DNA of 64,000 nt from a virus (Duplodnaviria; Caudoviricetes), in the IMG/VR virus record IMGVR_UViG_3300028591_005933, positions 1,471 to 65,470 of that record. One strand, written 5' to 3'. The translations under genes were made by a program, and so were the position numbers. The notes under the pieces are model-generated. The model was not told the DNA's origin. It did not search any database and saw only the letters and a list, made by a program, of their open reading frames with translations. Numbering within the stretch: the first letter of the stretch is position 1; each line of letters opens with the position of its first letter. This document shows, piece by piece, positions 17,577 to 27,604 of this stretch.

Positions 17577-19438
17577 TGTTCAATTATCTCCGTTTTACCA
17601 CAAATTTTTTTACAAATTATTTTGTTTACAATATGCTCTTTAACATCACTAGAATTAGTTATCCAATAAATACTTTCTACTTCTTCTGATTTATCATCTA
17701 TTACATTAATAAGTTGTTGAATACCTAAACTGTCTAACTGAGCTTCTATTTCATCAAACCATAAAATATTAAATGAAACTTGAGCGGTTAAATGTAATAA
17801 ATCATATAAAGCAAATTGAATAGCTAAATTTAATCTTTTCTTTTCACCACCAGATAAGCTAGTAACAGATTTTTTAATACCGTTACTATCAATTAAAATT
17901 TCAATAGCAGGACCATTTAATTGTAATTTTACTGTTGTGTTTTCAAAAAATCTACAAATATATCTTATCATAAATAAATTAAGATTTTCAATATCTTGTT
18001 TTAATAAATATGGTCTTAATTCACCTTTAGATCCAAGTAATTTATAAAAATAATCTGCTAATTGTCTTTTAAATTCATAATTAGTTACATTTTTTTGTAA
18101 AATTTTAATTTTTTCAGTCAAAATTTCAGTTTCTTTTTTATAATCATTTATATCTTTTTTAATTTTTTCAACTTTTTCATCATGTGTTTGTTTAGTATTT
18201 ATTAAATTATTAATTTTATTTGTAATTTCTGAGTTTTTTGTATTTAAACTCAATATTTTTGTATTTAATTCTTTCTTTTTTTGCTCATCTTCTACTCTTT
18301 CTTTATCTAAATTTTGAAAAATTGTATTTTTTTCAGCCCATTCTTTTCTTTTTTTAGTAATTTCAATATCTATTTGTGCAATTTGATCATTAAAAGACTT
18401 AATAGACTCATTAAATCCATTTTTCATCATCAATTTTGTATTTATGGTTTCTTCATCTCTATCTAAAGGCTTACCACAAGTAGGACATTTATCATCTTTA
18501 AACCATTTATCTATTAAATTTATTTCTTTTTGTAAAGATTGTATATCATATTCTATTTTTTGCTTATTTAACTTTAATTTATTAGCATTATCAACAATTT
18601 CTTTTAATTTTTCTTGTAATTCTGAATTGTTTGGATAATTTTTACTATTAAATTCACTTAATTTAGCATTTAAATCATTATATTCTGCTAAAACAATATT
18701 TTTTTCATTATTTAATCTATTTAATTCATCATTTATTGTATCAATATTAAAATTTTTTATTGTGTTTTCTAAAAGAATAGTATTTTTATTATACATATCA
18801 TTATAAGTACTAATTCTTCCTTCTAAATTACTTATTTCTAATTTATCATCTTGAATTTGTTTATTATATTCTTTTATATCTTTGTTAGCTTCGTCTCTTA
18901 CTCTATTCCAAATAGAATAATCACGAATACTTTCTAAAACATTTACTCGTTGTTGTGGACTAAGCTCTGAAAAAGCAGAACGAATATCATAAGTCATTAA
19001 TATTGTACTATGTAATAAATCAAAAGGTATTTTTAATAATTGATTTATTCTTAATTGAGTATCGGCAATTTTATGACATGATAAATCTTGACCATTTATT
19101 TCTAATATTAAATTATTACCTAACTCTGTATCTTTTCTTGTACGAGTTATTTTAATTTCACCTTGATCTGAATTAATATATAGACTTACTCTACAATCTT
19201 TTCCAGTTGTTATATTAACTATTTCATCGGCTAATACTTCATTTGTTAAAGTATTTCCTGTTAAACACCAATATAAAGCAGAAACAATAGTAGTTTTACC
19301 TGCTCCATTAGTACTAGAAGGTTCATCCATATTTATACCAACTATACTAAATAATCCTTGCTTTATATCAAGGATTACTTCAGATTGTATACTTCTAAAA
19401 TTTTGTATTTTTATTTTTTTAATATTAAATTTACTCAT
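17573..19438 (-). CDS. sbcC: Rad50/SbcC-like SMC ATPase (T4 gp46-like)
   Basis: IKIQNFRS, Walker A NGAGKTT, coiled coil with CPTCG zinc hook, LSGGE signature, FDE Walker B. Confidence 0.92.
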   Translation of the reverse strand: MSKFNIKKIKIQNFRSIQSEVILDIKQGLFSIVGINMDEPSSTNGAGKTTIVSALYWCLTGNTLTNEVLADEIVNITTGKDCRVSLYINSDQGEIKITRTRKDTELGNNLILEINGQDLSCHKIADTQLRINQLLKIPFDLLHSTILMTYDIRSAFSELSPQQRVNVLESIRDYSIWNRVRDEANKDIKEYNKQIQDDKLEISNLEGRISTYNDMYNKNTILLENTIKNFNIDTINDELNRLNNEKNIVLAEYNDLNAKLSEFNSKNYPNNSELQEKLKEIVDNANKLKLNKQKIEYDIQSLQKEINLIDKWFKDDKCPTCGKPLDRDEETINTKLMMKNGFNESIKSFNDQIAQIDIEITKKRKEWAEKNTIFQNLDKERVEDEQKKKELNTKILSLNTKNSEITNKINNLINTKQTHDEKVEKIKKDINDYKKETEILTEKIKILQKNVTNYEFKRQLADYFYKLLGSKGELRPYLLKQDIENLNLFMIRYICRFFENTTVKLQLNGPAIEILIDSNGIKKSVTSLSGGEKKRLNLAIQFALYDLLHLTAQVSFNILWFDEIEAQLDSLGIQQLINVIDDKSEEVESIYWITNSSDVKEHIVNKIICKKICGKTEIIEQ

Positions 19439-19685
19439 TTTTTTCTTCTATATTTTCTTTATCCTTATTTATAGAAGCTTTACTATAACTTTTTTCTGTT
19501 ACATATTTTTCCAACGTTGTATTATACTCTAAAACATCAACATTAGCTCCTGCAAAAAGAGCTCTAAAAGTATAATCATTTTCTAAACATCTTTTTATTA
19601 TATTTATTAAAGTTGATTTACCTGATTTTGTAGGACCTGCTATAATTATTCTTAAATTAGGTAATTTTTCTTGTTTATTTTCCAT
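19431..19685 (-). CDS. Small P-loop-containing protein
   Basis: IIIAGPTKSGKSTLIN Walker A in only 84 aa; translationally coupled to both neighbours. Confidence 0.55.
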   Translation of the reverse strand: MENKQEKLPNLRIIIAGPTKSGKSTLINIIKRCLENDYTFRALFAGANVDVLEYNTTLEKYVTEKSYSKASINKDKENIEEKNE

Positions 19686-20248
19686 TATAATTCTCCTTTA
19701 TCAATAGCATTATATAGTTTATATGCATTTGGGACTAATTTATCAAATGTTAATGGTCTTTTTTCTGGATTTTCTTTAAATTTTTTATATTCATTTATAG
19801 CATCTTGTTCAATAGCTGTAATAAACATACTATTAAATATTCTCATATTTTTTTTAGCTAATTCTTCGGAATCAAATACTGCCCAAATTATAGTTTTATT
19901 TTTAAATTTATTTCTTGTATGTTCAGCGTCAACAATAGCTATACTAAAAGCATATTGAGCTTTTAATTCATTACAAATATCATTAACTTTCATACCTGTA
20001 AAATCTTTATTTTTCCAATTTACAAAAATTTTACATATTTCAGTTGGTTTAGTTAATACATCTCTTTCTTTTGATATTATAGGTAGACAACTTTTATAAT
20101 ATTGAGTATTCCCAATATAAATAGGTTCTTCTTTAAATTTTGTTTTTTCTTGCTTAATTAAATTTTTAATTTTTTCTATTTTTTTATTTATATAAATATT
20201 TTTTGATTTAAATTCATCATTTGATAATATAATAGGCATTAAATTCAT
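19685..20248 (-). CDS. Hypothetical protein
   Basis: 187-aa ORF with GGAG RBS. Confidence 0.6.
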   Translation of the reverse strand: MNLMPIILSNDEFKSKNIYINKKIEKIKNLIKQEKTKFKEEPIYIGNTQYYKSCLPIISKERDVLTKPTEICKIFVNWKNKDFTGMKVNDICNELKAQYAFSIAIVDAEHTRNKFKNKTIIWAVFDSEELAKKNMRIFNSMFITAIEQDAINEYKKFKENPEKRPLTFDKLVPNAYKLYNAIDKGEL

Positions 20249-20324
20249 AAATAGATACTCCTTAGTTTATTAACTTTATTTTAGAAGTAGCTATCATTAA
20301 AAAAATTAGATAAAAATTTTCTAA

Positions 20325-21218
20325 TTATGCTTTAGTTTTATAAAAATATTTTTTTAAATCACAAACAAAACAAGTATTTTCTTCTGTATATTTATTAAAA
20401 TTTATTGAATGTCCACAAGTATTTAATTCGCAACTACAATAATCAAAATTTTTTAAAACCTTATTATAATGATATAATTCTTTTTTTTGTGGTAAATCAA
20501 AATTCTTTATATATGATTCTAAATAATTTTCATATTTTGTGTTTTTTGCAATTTCATTTACTTTTTCTAAAGTTTTAAATATTTTATTTTTTTCTACGCT
20601 TAAAGTTTTATCATATACAATATAAGGTAATAAATTAACATAAGTATTATATTTTATCATAAAATCTATTACATTAAAAGTATTATTTAGTATTGAATCA
20701 CACACTTTTTTTGTTAAAATTATATTTGTTACTATATTTAATCCATCATTTAAATATTTATTTGATAATAATAATAAATTATTTAACATAAGTTGTTTAT
20801 CATTTTCTGATTTAAATCTTCCATCTAAATCAAATGATGTAGTAAATTTTAATCTATGAAATAATTCATATTCTTTTATTAAATCTAATATATAAAATAA
20901 ATTACTTAAATTTTTATATAATAAATTGGTATTAAGGTATAATAAATCTATTTTATTTGATAACATATTAGCAACAATTTTTTTAAAAAAAGAATTTAAA
21001 AAATCATTATTAATATAAAATATTTCTCCTCCAACTATTAATACATGACTATTTTTTATAAATTTTGAAGAATCTATAAATTCTAATACTTTATTTAAAG
21101 AATTTTTTTGTTCTTCTAATGTTAAAATATTAGGATTATTTCTTTGAAAACAAAATTTACAGTTATTGTTACAATTATCCCAAACTAAAAATTCATATAT
21201 AGGCTTACAACTAAACAT
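20325..21218 (-). CDS. Radical SAM protein (paralogue of the 50-55 kb cluster)
   Basis: WDNCNNNCKFC (CX3CX2C), VGGEIF, TTSFDLDGRF, C-terminal CGH-x12-CFVCD. Confidence 0.85.
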   Translation of the reverse strand: MFSCKPIYEFLVWDNCNNNCKFCFQRNNPNILTLEEQKNSLNKVLEFIDSSKFIKNSHVLIVGGEIFYINNDFLNSFFKKIVANMLSNKIDLLYLNTNLLYKNLSNLFYILDLIKEYELFHRLKFTTSFDLDGRFKSENDKQLMLNNLLLLSNKYLNDGLNIVTNIILTKKVCDSILNNTFNVIDFMIKYNTYVNLLPYIVYDKTLSVEKNKIFKTLEKVNEIAKNTKYENYLESYIKNFDLPQKKELYHYNKVLKNFDYCSCELNTCGHSINFNKYTEENTCFVCDLKKYFYKTKA

Positions 21219-21221
21219 TTT

Positions 21222-21746
21222 TTATTCTTTTGGAAAATTATCTAAAAATTCATTATAATATTCTTCAATATCTAATGTTGTTGGGGTATTAGTTTCTAAT
21301 TTTTTAAATAAATCATATGTAAAAGTATATAATTTATCTCTATAATTAATCATAACTTTAGCATCATCTGAAAATTGTTTTATTTTAGAATGATAAAAAG
21401 AAATCATATTTTCAACAGAAGTATATTTATGATTTATAGCAAAATTTTCTAATTGAGTAGTAACATACATTAAGCATTGATTTTTAAATTCAAATATTAT
21501 TTTTTCTATAGTTTGTTTATTTAATTCTATAATTTCAGGTAATTCAGATTCTAAATAATATTTATTATCTTTTGCTTTTATTATTTTTTCATTAGTACAA
21601 TATAGTTGTTTGTTATACCAATCTAAATTTCTTGGATCTTCAATATAACTTTTTGCTACATCTATATCGGATACCCATAAAGCCCCTTTTTCTTCAGATT
21701 TTATATAAAATTTAGTAGCTGTATAAATATTACCTATAATGTCCAT
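21222..21746 (-). CDS. Tail-fibre assembly chaperone-like protein
   Basis: LENFAINHKYTSVENMISFYHS...FSDDA..MINYRDKLY matches the LDxFA..YxS...SY..S..F..A...RD pattern of phage fibre-assembly proteins. Confidence 0.5.
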   Translation of the reverse strand: MDIIGNIYTATKFYIKSEEKGALWVSDIDVAKSYIEDPRNLDWYNKQLYCTNEKIIKAKDNKYYLESELPEIIELNKQTIEKIIFEFKNQCLMYVTTQLENFAINHKYTSVENMISFYHSKIKQFSDDAKVMINYRDKLYTFTYDLFKKLETNTPTTLDIEEYYNEFLDNFPKE

Positions 21747-21768
21747 TTAAAACTCCTATTTTGATATA

Positions 21769-21774
21769 TAGAAC
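21769..21774 (-). promoter_or_regulatory. GTTCTA putative late-promoter motif for the chaperone + radical SAM pair
   Basis: GTTCTATATA, then AGGAG RBS, then ATG at 21746. Confidence 0.6.
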
Positions 21775-21974
21775 GTTTAATATATGTTTTTTAATTTTTT
21801 ATTTTTTTAACTATTTGGAAATTTAAAATCAATTTTTAATGAAAAAATATACTTCAATTAAATAACTAAAATATATATATTATATATAATATAATAATTA
21901 ATAATAATATTTAAAAAATTCTTTTATTGAATTTTTTTATTATATAAAGCAATTTATTGGAGATTTTGACAAAA

Positions 21975-22274
21975 ATGAATAATATTAAAGTTATAACAAA
22001 ATTTAATAAATTTACTAAAGAAAATTCATATTTTATTTATTGTAATGATTATTATCTTGAAATAGGTAATAAAAGTAATTTAATATTTCTTATGTATATT
22101 TTAGAAAATTTTAAAAAAGCTAAAATAGATAATAATAATCCATTTTTTAAAATTAGTTTTAATAATGAGAATTTTTATTTAACTTATAAGCCATCTAATA
22201 AAAAATTATGCCTAAATCGTCAAGATCTAGGCACATTATTAGCAAATTTATATATCAAGAAAGTGGGATATTAA
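21975..22274 (+). CDS. Hypothetical protein
   Basis: ATG at 21975 with GGAG upstream; low-complexity N/K/F-rich sequence; convergent overlap with the next gene. Confidence 0.4.
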   Translation: MNNIKVITKFNKFTKENSYFIYCNDYYLEIGNKSNLIFLMYILENFKKAKIDNNNPFFKISFNNENFYLTYKPSNKKLCLNRQDLGTLLANLYIKKVGY

Positions 22275-25200
22275 ACATCTATTTCATATAAATGTTTTGT
22301 TTCTATTTCTTCAGTTTCAGTATCTTTTAATTTTACTATAATATCAGTATCATCATCTGGATTAACTAATACATCGACTATAACTTGTTCTGGTTGTGGC
22401 ATCATTCCGATTGGATTATTATTTTCTTCGTCTTCTGCTGGACCATATTCTCCATTAAAGTTAATATCTCCAAAATTAGCTGTAGTATCAGAAGGATTTG
22501 AATTATCATTACCCATATCTATATTTGGAGTAGGTGTTGTAGTAGAAGAATCAGTTGAAGTAGTGCTTGTGGTTGAACCAGAGGCTGCATCAGCTGTCAT
22601 TTCAGAACTAATACCAGAAGCAAAATCTGCTGGACTATCATCTTCAACTAAAATTTTATCATCTGTTAATTTTGAATCTAACATAGCCATTAAGGTTTCT
22701 TTTAATTTTTTATGTTTATTTCCAGCAACATATGTAACTGCAGATCCTAATGTTCCAGAAGTTACACATTCAGTAATTGATTCTGATATATTAAGTTGAG
22801 TTTTTAATGTATTTAATTCTTTTTTTATGTCATTATTTAAATATTTTGTATAGTCATTACCATATTCATTTATTATTGCATTTAAAAGATTTTTTGTTTG
22901 AACAGTAGCTAATAATATTTTGCCATTTTCAAAACTATTTTTACCTTTATTTATAATGTCTTGTATTTTTGTATTTAATTCTACTGTATCTATATTAGTC
23001 GTAGTATTTGTGGAAGTTTGTGTATTTTGTAATGTTTCAGAATCTTCTTCATCTTCATCTTCATCGTCACCAAGTAAATTGTCAATATATGATTTAGCTT
23101 GATTTCTTAATTTAGTTTTTTCAGATTGTTTTCTTACTCCTGACATCCTATTACGATCTTCTTTACTTGCATTTTTAATATCATCTTCTGTTGGTTCATA
23201 CTTATTTTCTAAGTCAACATTTAATTCTATTTCTGTTCTTATTAAGTCTTTTAAATCTACATCATCTGTTGTTTTTTCTAAAAATTCAGCAACTTCTTCT
23301 GGTGAAATTAAACTACCTTTTTTAGAAATATCTCCAACAGCATATAAAAATGCAACATCTTTTAAAGTATTTGTTCTTTTTTGTAATTCTACAATTAATT
23401 CTTCTTTAGAATAATTTGTATTTATTTTTAAAATAGCATTTACAGCCTTAATTAAACTATCTAGTAATATATTTGTAAAATTTATAATAGGGACTATAAA
23501 ATTATAATTATAAGTTTTGAGTCCAGCTTTAGATAACGAATTCAAAGCATCATTTCTTAAAATTAAATCAGTAAAAGGAACAGTTTGACCATTTTTTACT
23601 TTAATTGTATTAAATGAAAAAAATGTACCATCTTCATTTTTTGCTATTTTTAAATTTAAATCTTGATTTGATATATAAGTATTTGTAAATTTGGATCCAT
23701 CTATAATTTGATGCCAATCACGTAATAAACAATAAAGTTTTATATCATTACTAGATGGATATAAAGTAAGATACTTTTCTCTAATTTGATATAAATATGT
23801 TTTTATTAATGTATAAATATTTGAACCAGCTTTATGTTTAGCATATCTATCTAATTTAAAATAATGACCTATAAAAGCTTGTTCAATTATAGTATTACGA
23901 GCCCATATATATTTTTCTAAATCTTTTTCTTTTGTAAGATTTAAATAATTTTTAGTATTTACATCATTTGTTAATTTATCATATAAAGAGAGTACATTTT
24001 CTGGTTGAATATTTGCTTCTTCACCATTAGATTTTCTTGCACTATTATAGCCACCAAATTTGTAACGATTATCAGGGTCTAGTATATTATAAGCTAAACG
24101 AGTACCTTTATCATAACTAATTGGATTATTTGCAAAATCATATAAATCACCTTGTTTTTCTTCTAAACTAACATCATCGAATGTTTCAAATAATAAATAT
24201 TTATAACCATTTATATATTTTTTATTAGCTTCTTTAAGTAAATTATCAATTAATATTTCAACGCTTTCTGTAGTATTTTCATTTATCTTTTCACATTTTA
24301 ATCCATTTATAAAGTCATCTGTAACAGGAAGATCTTTATCTTTAGCGTTTTTATATGAGTATCCTATTATATTTTTAGCATTATCTATAAAGTTTTGAGC
24401 TTCTTCTTCGGTTGAAAAACTAATAGCTAATTGTTTATTTCCTTCTCTAGTTCTGCCTATAGTTTTAAATTCATTTCCAGTAAATGTTAAATATTGCAAC
24501 ATATTAGGAGTAACAGTATATGGATAATTAGTATCTTTAAATAACTTTATTTCTATATTTGTATTTTTTGGTTCAGTTGTAGTATTTTGATCTATATCTA
24601 TATTATCTTGATCAGGAGTAATTGTTTCTGGGTTAGGAGTATTTTGATCTATATCTATATTATCTGTTTTTTGAGTATTATTTAAATTAGCACTTAAATT
24701 GTTAGAGCTTCTATAAGCTTCATATGCAGTATTAAATAAATTTTTGTTATTATTAGCTTCAATTATAAATTCACCTTGTATTATAAAAGGTTCAACACCA
24801 CCAATAAAGGCCATTACTCGTTGAACACCCCTTAAATACTGTTGAGCTTGTGTTTTTGTAGGAAAAGCTCTAGCCATGTTTAAATCAGTAGTTAACATAG
24901 CTTTATTAGATTGATTAGAGCTTGCTGGTTTAAGACTATAATAATTAATTTTTTGAACGTATCTTTGTATATCAGCTAGATTTTCATCAGGAAATCTAAT
25001 TATAATATAAAAATAATCAGGATTTATTTTATCTGTATTATTTTCTGAATTTTGTTCTGGTTTAGTATTAATATATTGACCTTCTAATTTAAAATCATCT
25101 ATATTAGTTAAAATTTTATCATTTTTTGCAAATTCAGCTTCGATTATTTTACCGCTATCATTTATATATTTTATTTTTTGAGGAGCTTCTATATATTTTG

Positions 25201-26200
25201 AGAATCCACCATATTTTCTTTTTGATGGATTATTAGCATATTCGTTAAATTTATTTCTAGTAGCTATATTATTTAAGTTAAATTTATCTTCAGTTTGTAA
25301 AGGAGTATCTATTTTACTAGGAACAAATTCATTTATTTTATCTATAACAAATTGAGTATTTAGAGCTTCGTCTGTATAGTTTTCACACAAATAAGATAAT
25401 GCTTTATATTCTTTTGAATTAGTAAATAATTCTCCCAAAAGAGATTTAGCAAAATTAATAACTTTCATACATCCATCTTTTATTCTGGAATCTTTATTAT
25501 TTAAGTCTACTTTACTACTACCTATACTATATATAGCTTTTAATGTTTTTCTTATGTTTTCTAGATTTTCTTCTTTTTGTAATTCTAATTGAAGTTGATC
25601 ATTAAATAATAAATTTTGATCAACATTATTTATAGTTTTTGCTAATTGTATATCTTTATCATAGTCTTTTGTATCAAAATTTCTTAAATCATCTTTTTCA
25701 TTTTCATTGGTATAATTATCTTCATCTTCTGTTATTATAGATTCATGTAATTTTATATTTTTTGGTAGTGGAAAATTATGTTTATTTAGCCATTCATGTA
25801 ATTCTTTAACAGAATCAAATAACTCTATTTTATTATTATAGGAAAGACATAAGTGATCATTCTGTTTAAAAATTCTAGCATTTTTATTTTTTAGAATTGC
25901 AGTATTACCTTTTTCATTTAGTTTCCATTCATTTAAATCATCTTGTTCATTAATTTTATCAATTTGATTTAAAATTGATTGTAATTCATCTGACATTTCT
26001 AAACTTTGTTTTATTTTTGTAATAGCCAGATCAGTTAATTTTGATTTTTGTTCTAATGTTTTTTCATCTTCAGCGTCTTTAGAATTATCTAGCATATCTA
26101 ATCCTGGTTTGGAAGGATTAAATTCATTTTGAGATTTGGCAACTGAAACATAATTAGTTTTATCTTCAAATAAACTTCTAAAGCGTGATTTTGTATTCAT
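22271..26200 (-). CDS. Large (1309 aa) probable internal virion/ejection protein
   Basis: Long ORF, acidic and T/S-rich linkers, recurrent LHES/ITED/LKEA/ISES motifs resembling prohead-protease sites. Confidence 0.55.
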   Translation of the reverse strand: MNTKSRFRSLFEDKTNYVSVAKSQNEFNPSKPGLDMLDNSKDAEDEKTLEQKSKLTDLAITKIKQSLEMSDELQSILNQIDKINEQDDLNEWKLNEKGNTAILKNKNARIFKQNDHLCLSYNNKIELFDSVKELHEWLNKHNFPLPKNIKLHESIITEDEDNYTNENEKDDLRNFDTKDYDKDIQLAKTINNVDQNLLFNDQLQLELQKEENLENIRKTLKAIYSIGSSKVDLNNKDSRIKDGCMKVINFAKSLLGELFTNSKEYKALSYLCENYTDEALNTQFVIDKINEFVPSKIDTPLQTEDKFNLNNIATRNKFNEYANNPSKRKYGGFSKYIEAPQKIKYINDSGKIIEAEFAKNDKILTNIDDFKLEGQYINTKPEQNSENNTDKINPDYFYIIIRFPDENLADIQRYVQKINYYSLKPASSNQSNKAMLTTDLNMARAFPTKTQAQQYLRGVQRVMAFIGGVEPFIIQGEFIIEANNNKNLFNTAYEAYRSSNNLSANLNNTQKTDNIDIDQNTPNPETITPDQDNIDIDQNTTTEPKNTNIEIKLFKDTNYPYTVTPNMLQYLTFTGNEFKTIGRTREGNKQLAISFSTEEEAQNFIDNAKNIIGYSYKNAKDKDLPVTDDFINGLKCEKINENTTESVEILIDNLLKEANKKYINGYKYLLFETFDDVSLEEKQGDLYDFANNPISYDKGTRLAYNILDPDNRYKFGGYNSARKSNGEEANIQPENVLSLYDKLTNDVNTKNYLNLTKEKDLEKYIWARNTIIEQAFIGHYFKLDRYAKHKAGSNIYTLIKTYLYQIREKYLTLYPSSNDIKLYCLLRDWHQIIDGSKFTNTYISNQDLNLKIAKNEDGTFFSFNTIKVKNGQTVPFTDLILRNDALNSLSKAGLKTYNYNFIVPIINFTNILLDSLIKAVNAILKINTNYSKEELIVELQKRTNTLKDVAFLYAVGDISKKGSLISPEEVAEFLEKTTDDVDLKDLIRTEIELNVDLENKYEPTEDDIKNASKEDRNRMSGVRKQSEKTKLRNQAKSYIDNLLGDDEDEDEEDSETLQNTQTSTNTTTNIDTVELNTKIQDIINKGKNSFENGKILLATVQTKNLLNAIINEYGNDYTKYLNNDIKKELNTLKTQLNISESITECVTSGTLGSAVTYVAGNKHKKLKETLMAMLDSKLTDDKILVEDDSPADFASGISSEMTADAASGSTTSTTSTDSSTTTPTPNIDMGNDNSNPSDTTANFGDINFNGEYGPAEDEENNNPIGMMPQPEQVIVDVLVNPDDDTDIIVKLKDTETEEIETKHLYEIDV
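24581..24665. repeat. 28-bp exact direct repeat, 57-bp period, in frame
   Basis: agtattttgatctatatctatattatct at 24581-24608 and 24638-24665; encodes DNIDIDQNT twice. Confidence 0.85.
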
Positions 26201-26223
26201 GATTGTATCTTTCCAATATTATA

Positions 26224-26745
26224 TTAATTACCTTTTTCAAATTCATCGATAGCGTCATTAAATACCTGATTATTACAACGCATATATTTATAAATTATTC
26301 TATTTAATACAGAAACTGCATTTTTAGGTGGAAGAATTTTAGCAGTATCTTCAAAAAACTTATTTATTTCTAAATTCATAGGTTTAAAACTTTTAATATA
26401 ATAATTTAAAGTATCACAAACTCTTTTAAATCCATTTCTGTAGCTTTCTGCATCTAATTCTTGATTAAATAACCTATCATAGCAGAATTTAATATATTCT
26501 TTTAAATAGGTTGTAATTTGTTCATCTGTTTCTAGATTATCATGTCTAGTAAACAAAGCTTCTTGCATTGTTTGTTTTTTAATGCTTTCTAAATTTTCTT
26601 CAGCTTCTTCTCTTGATTCAAACTGAGAAGCTACAATAATTCCATTTTTAAGAATAGCCCATTCACCATCTCGTGTTGATTCAATCGTATATTCATCTGA
26701 TTCTAAGAGTTTTATACGATCTAATAAATCTTTGTTAAATAACAT
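26224..26745 (-). CDS. Hypothetical protein, probably virion-associated
   Basis: GTTCTA motif and AAGGA RBS upstream; KLLES and MQEA motifs. Confidence 0.6.
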   Translation of the reverse strand: MLFNKDLLDRIKLLESDEYTIESTRDGEWAILKNGIIVASQFESREEAEENLESIKKQTMQEALFTRHDNLETDEQITTYLKEYIKFCYDRLFNQELDAESYRNGFKRVCDTLNYYIKSFKPMNLEINKFFEDTAKILPPKNAVSVLNRIIYKYMRCNNQVFNDAIDEFEKGN

Positions 26746-26887
26746 TGAAATTTCCTTTATTATATTTTAAACTCGAGTTTATTTATTAGAACATTTATAT
26801 ATTTAATTGGAAATATTTATTAAAATTGAAGTGATAGTAGAATGTTCTTATAGTAGTAAATTAATAAAAAGGAGGAATTATTTTACA

Positions 26888-27604
26888 GTGTGGACAGGTA
26901 ATACAGATAATTTAACTAATCATTCACCACGCAATTATATGTTTAATGATAAAGTTTTCATTTTAGATGAAATTACTTCTGATAATTGTGCTTATTTAAT
27001 AGGTGATTTAACTACATATGTTTTATCTGAACAAAATCATGGTAAGCATTTAATGATAATTTTAAATAGTCCTGGTGGTCAAGTAGATGTAATGATGACT
27101 ATTATTGGATTAATTAATATAGCAAAATTAAATGATATAACAGTTATGACTTTTGTACTTGGTATGGCTGGAAGTGCGGCTTCTATGATTGCTATACAAG
27201 GTGATGAAAGATTTATGAGTAGAATTTCAAAACATTTTGTGCATTTTGGATGTATTTGGGATATCACTACAAAACATAGTGAAATTGAAAAGGTATATCT
27301 TCAAAATAAGCAATATTCTGAAAGTATGATTGATTTATATTTAGAAGCTTGTGATGGTAAATTATCAAGAGATACTTTATTAGAGTTACAAAGTGATGAA
27401 AGAGGTTATTTAACAGCCGATGAATGTCTTAAATATGGTTTATGTGATACTATCATTGAAACCGATTTAATTAAAAGAAAATTAGAAGAAAATAAATTAG
27501 CAAAAGAACAAGAAGAATTTGAAGAGTATAAAAAAGAAAAAGCAAAGGCTGAAAAATTGTTAAAAAAGACTAAAAAATCAAAAAAGAAGGTTAAAAAGAA
27601 ATAA
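26888..27604 (+). CDS. clpP: ClpP-like serine protease (ClpP/crotonase fold)
   Basis: ILNSPGGQV, GMAGSAASMI (catalytic Ser), HFVH (His), YLTADECLKYGLCD. Start taken as in-frame GTG at 26888, 12 nt after AAGGAGG. Confidence 0.85.
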   Translation: MWTGNTDNLTNHSPRNYMFNDKVFILDEITSDNCAYLIGDLTTYVLSEQNHGKHLMIILNSPGGQVDVMMTIIGLINIAKLNDITVMTFVLGMAGSAASMIAIQGDERFMSRISKHFVHFGCIWDITTKHSEIEKVYLQNKQYSESMIDLYLEACDGKLSRDTLLELQSDERGYLTADECLKYGLCDTIIETDLIKRKLEENKLAKEQEEFEEYKKEKAKAEKLLKKTKKSKKKVKKK

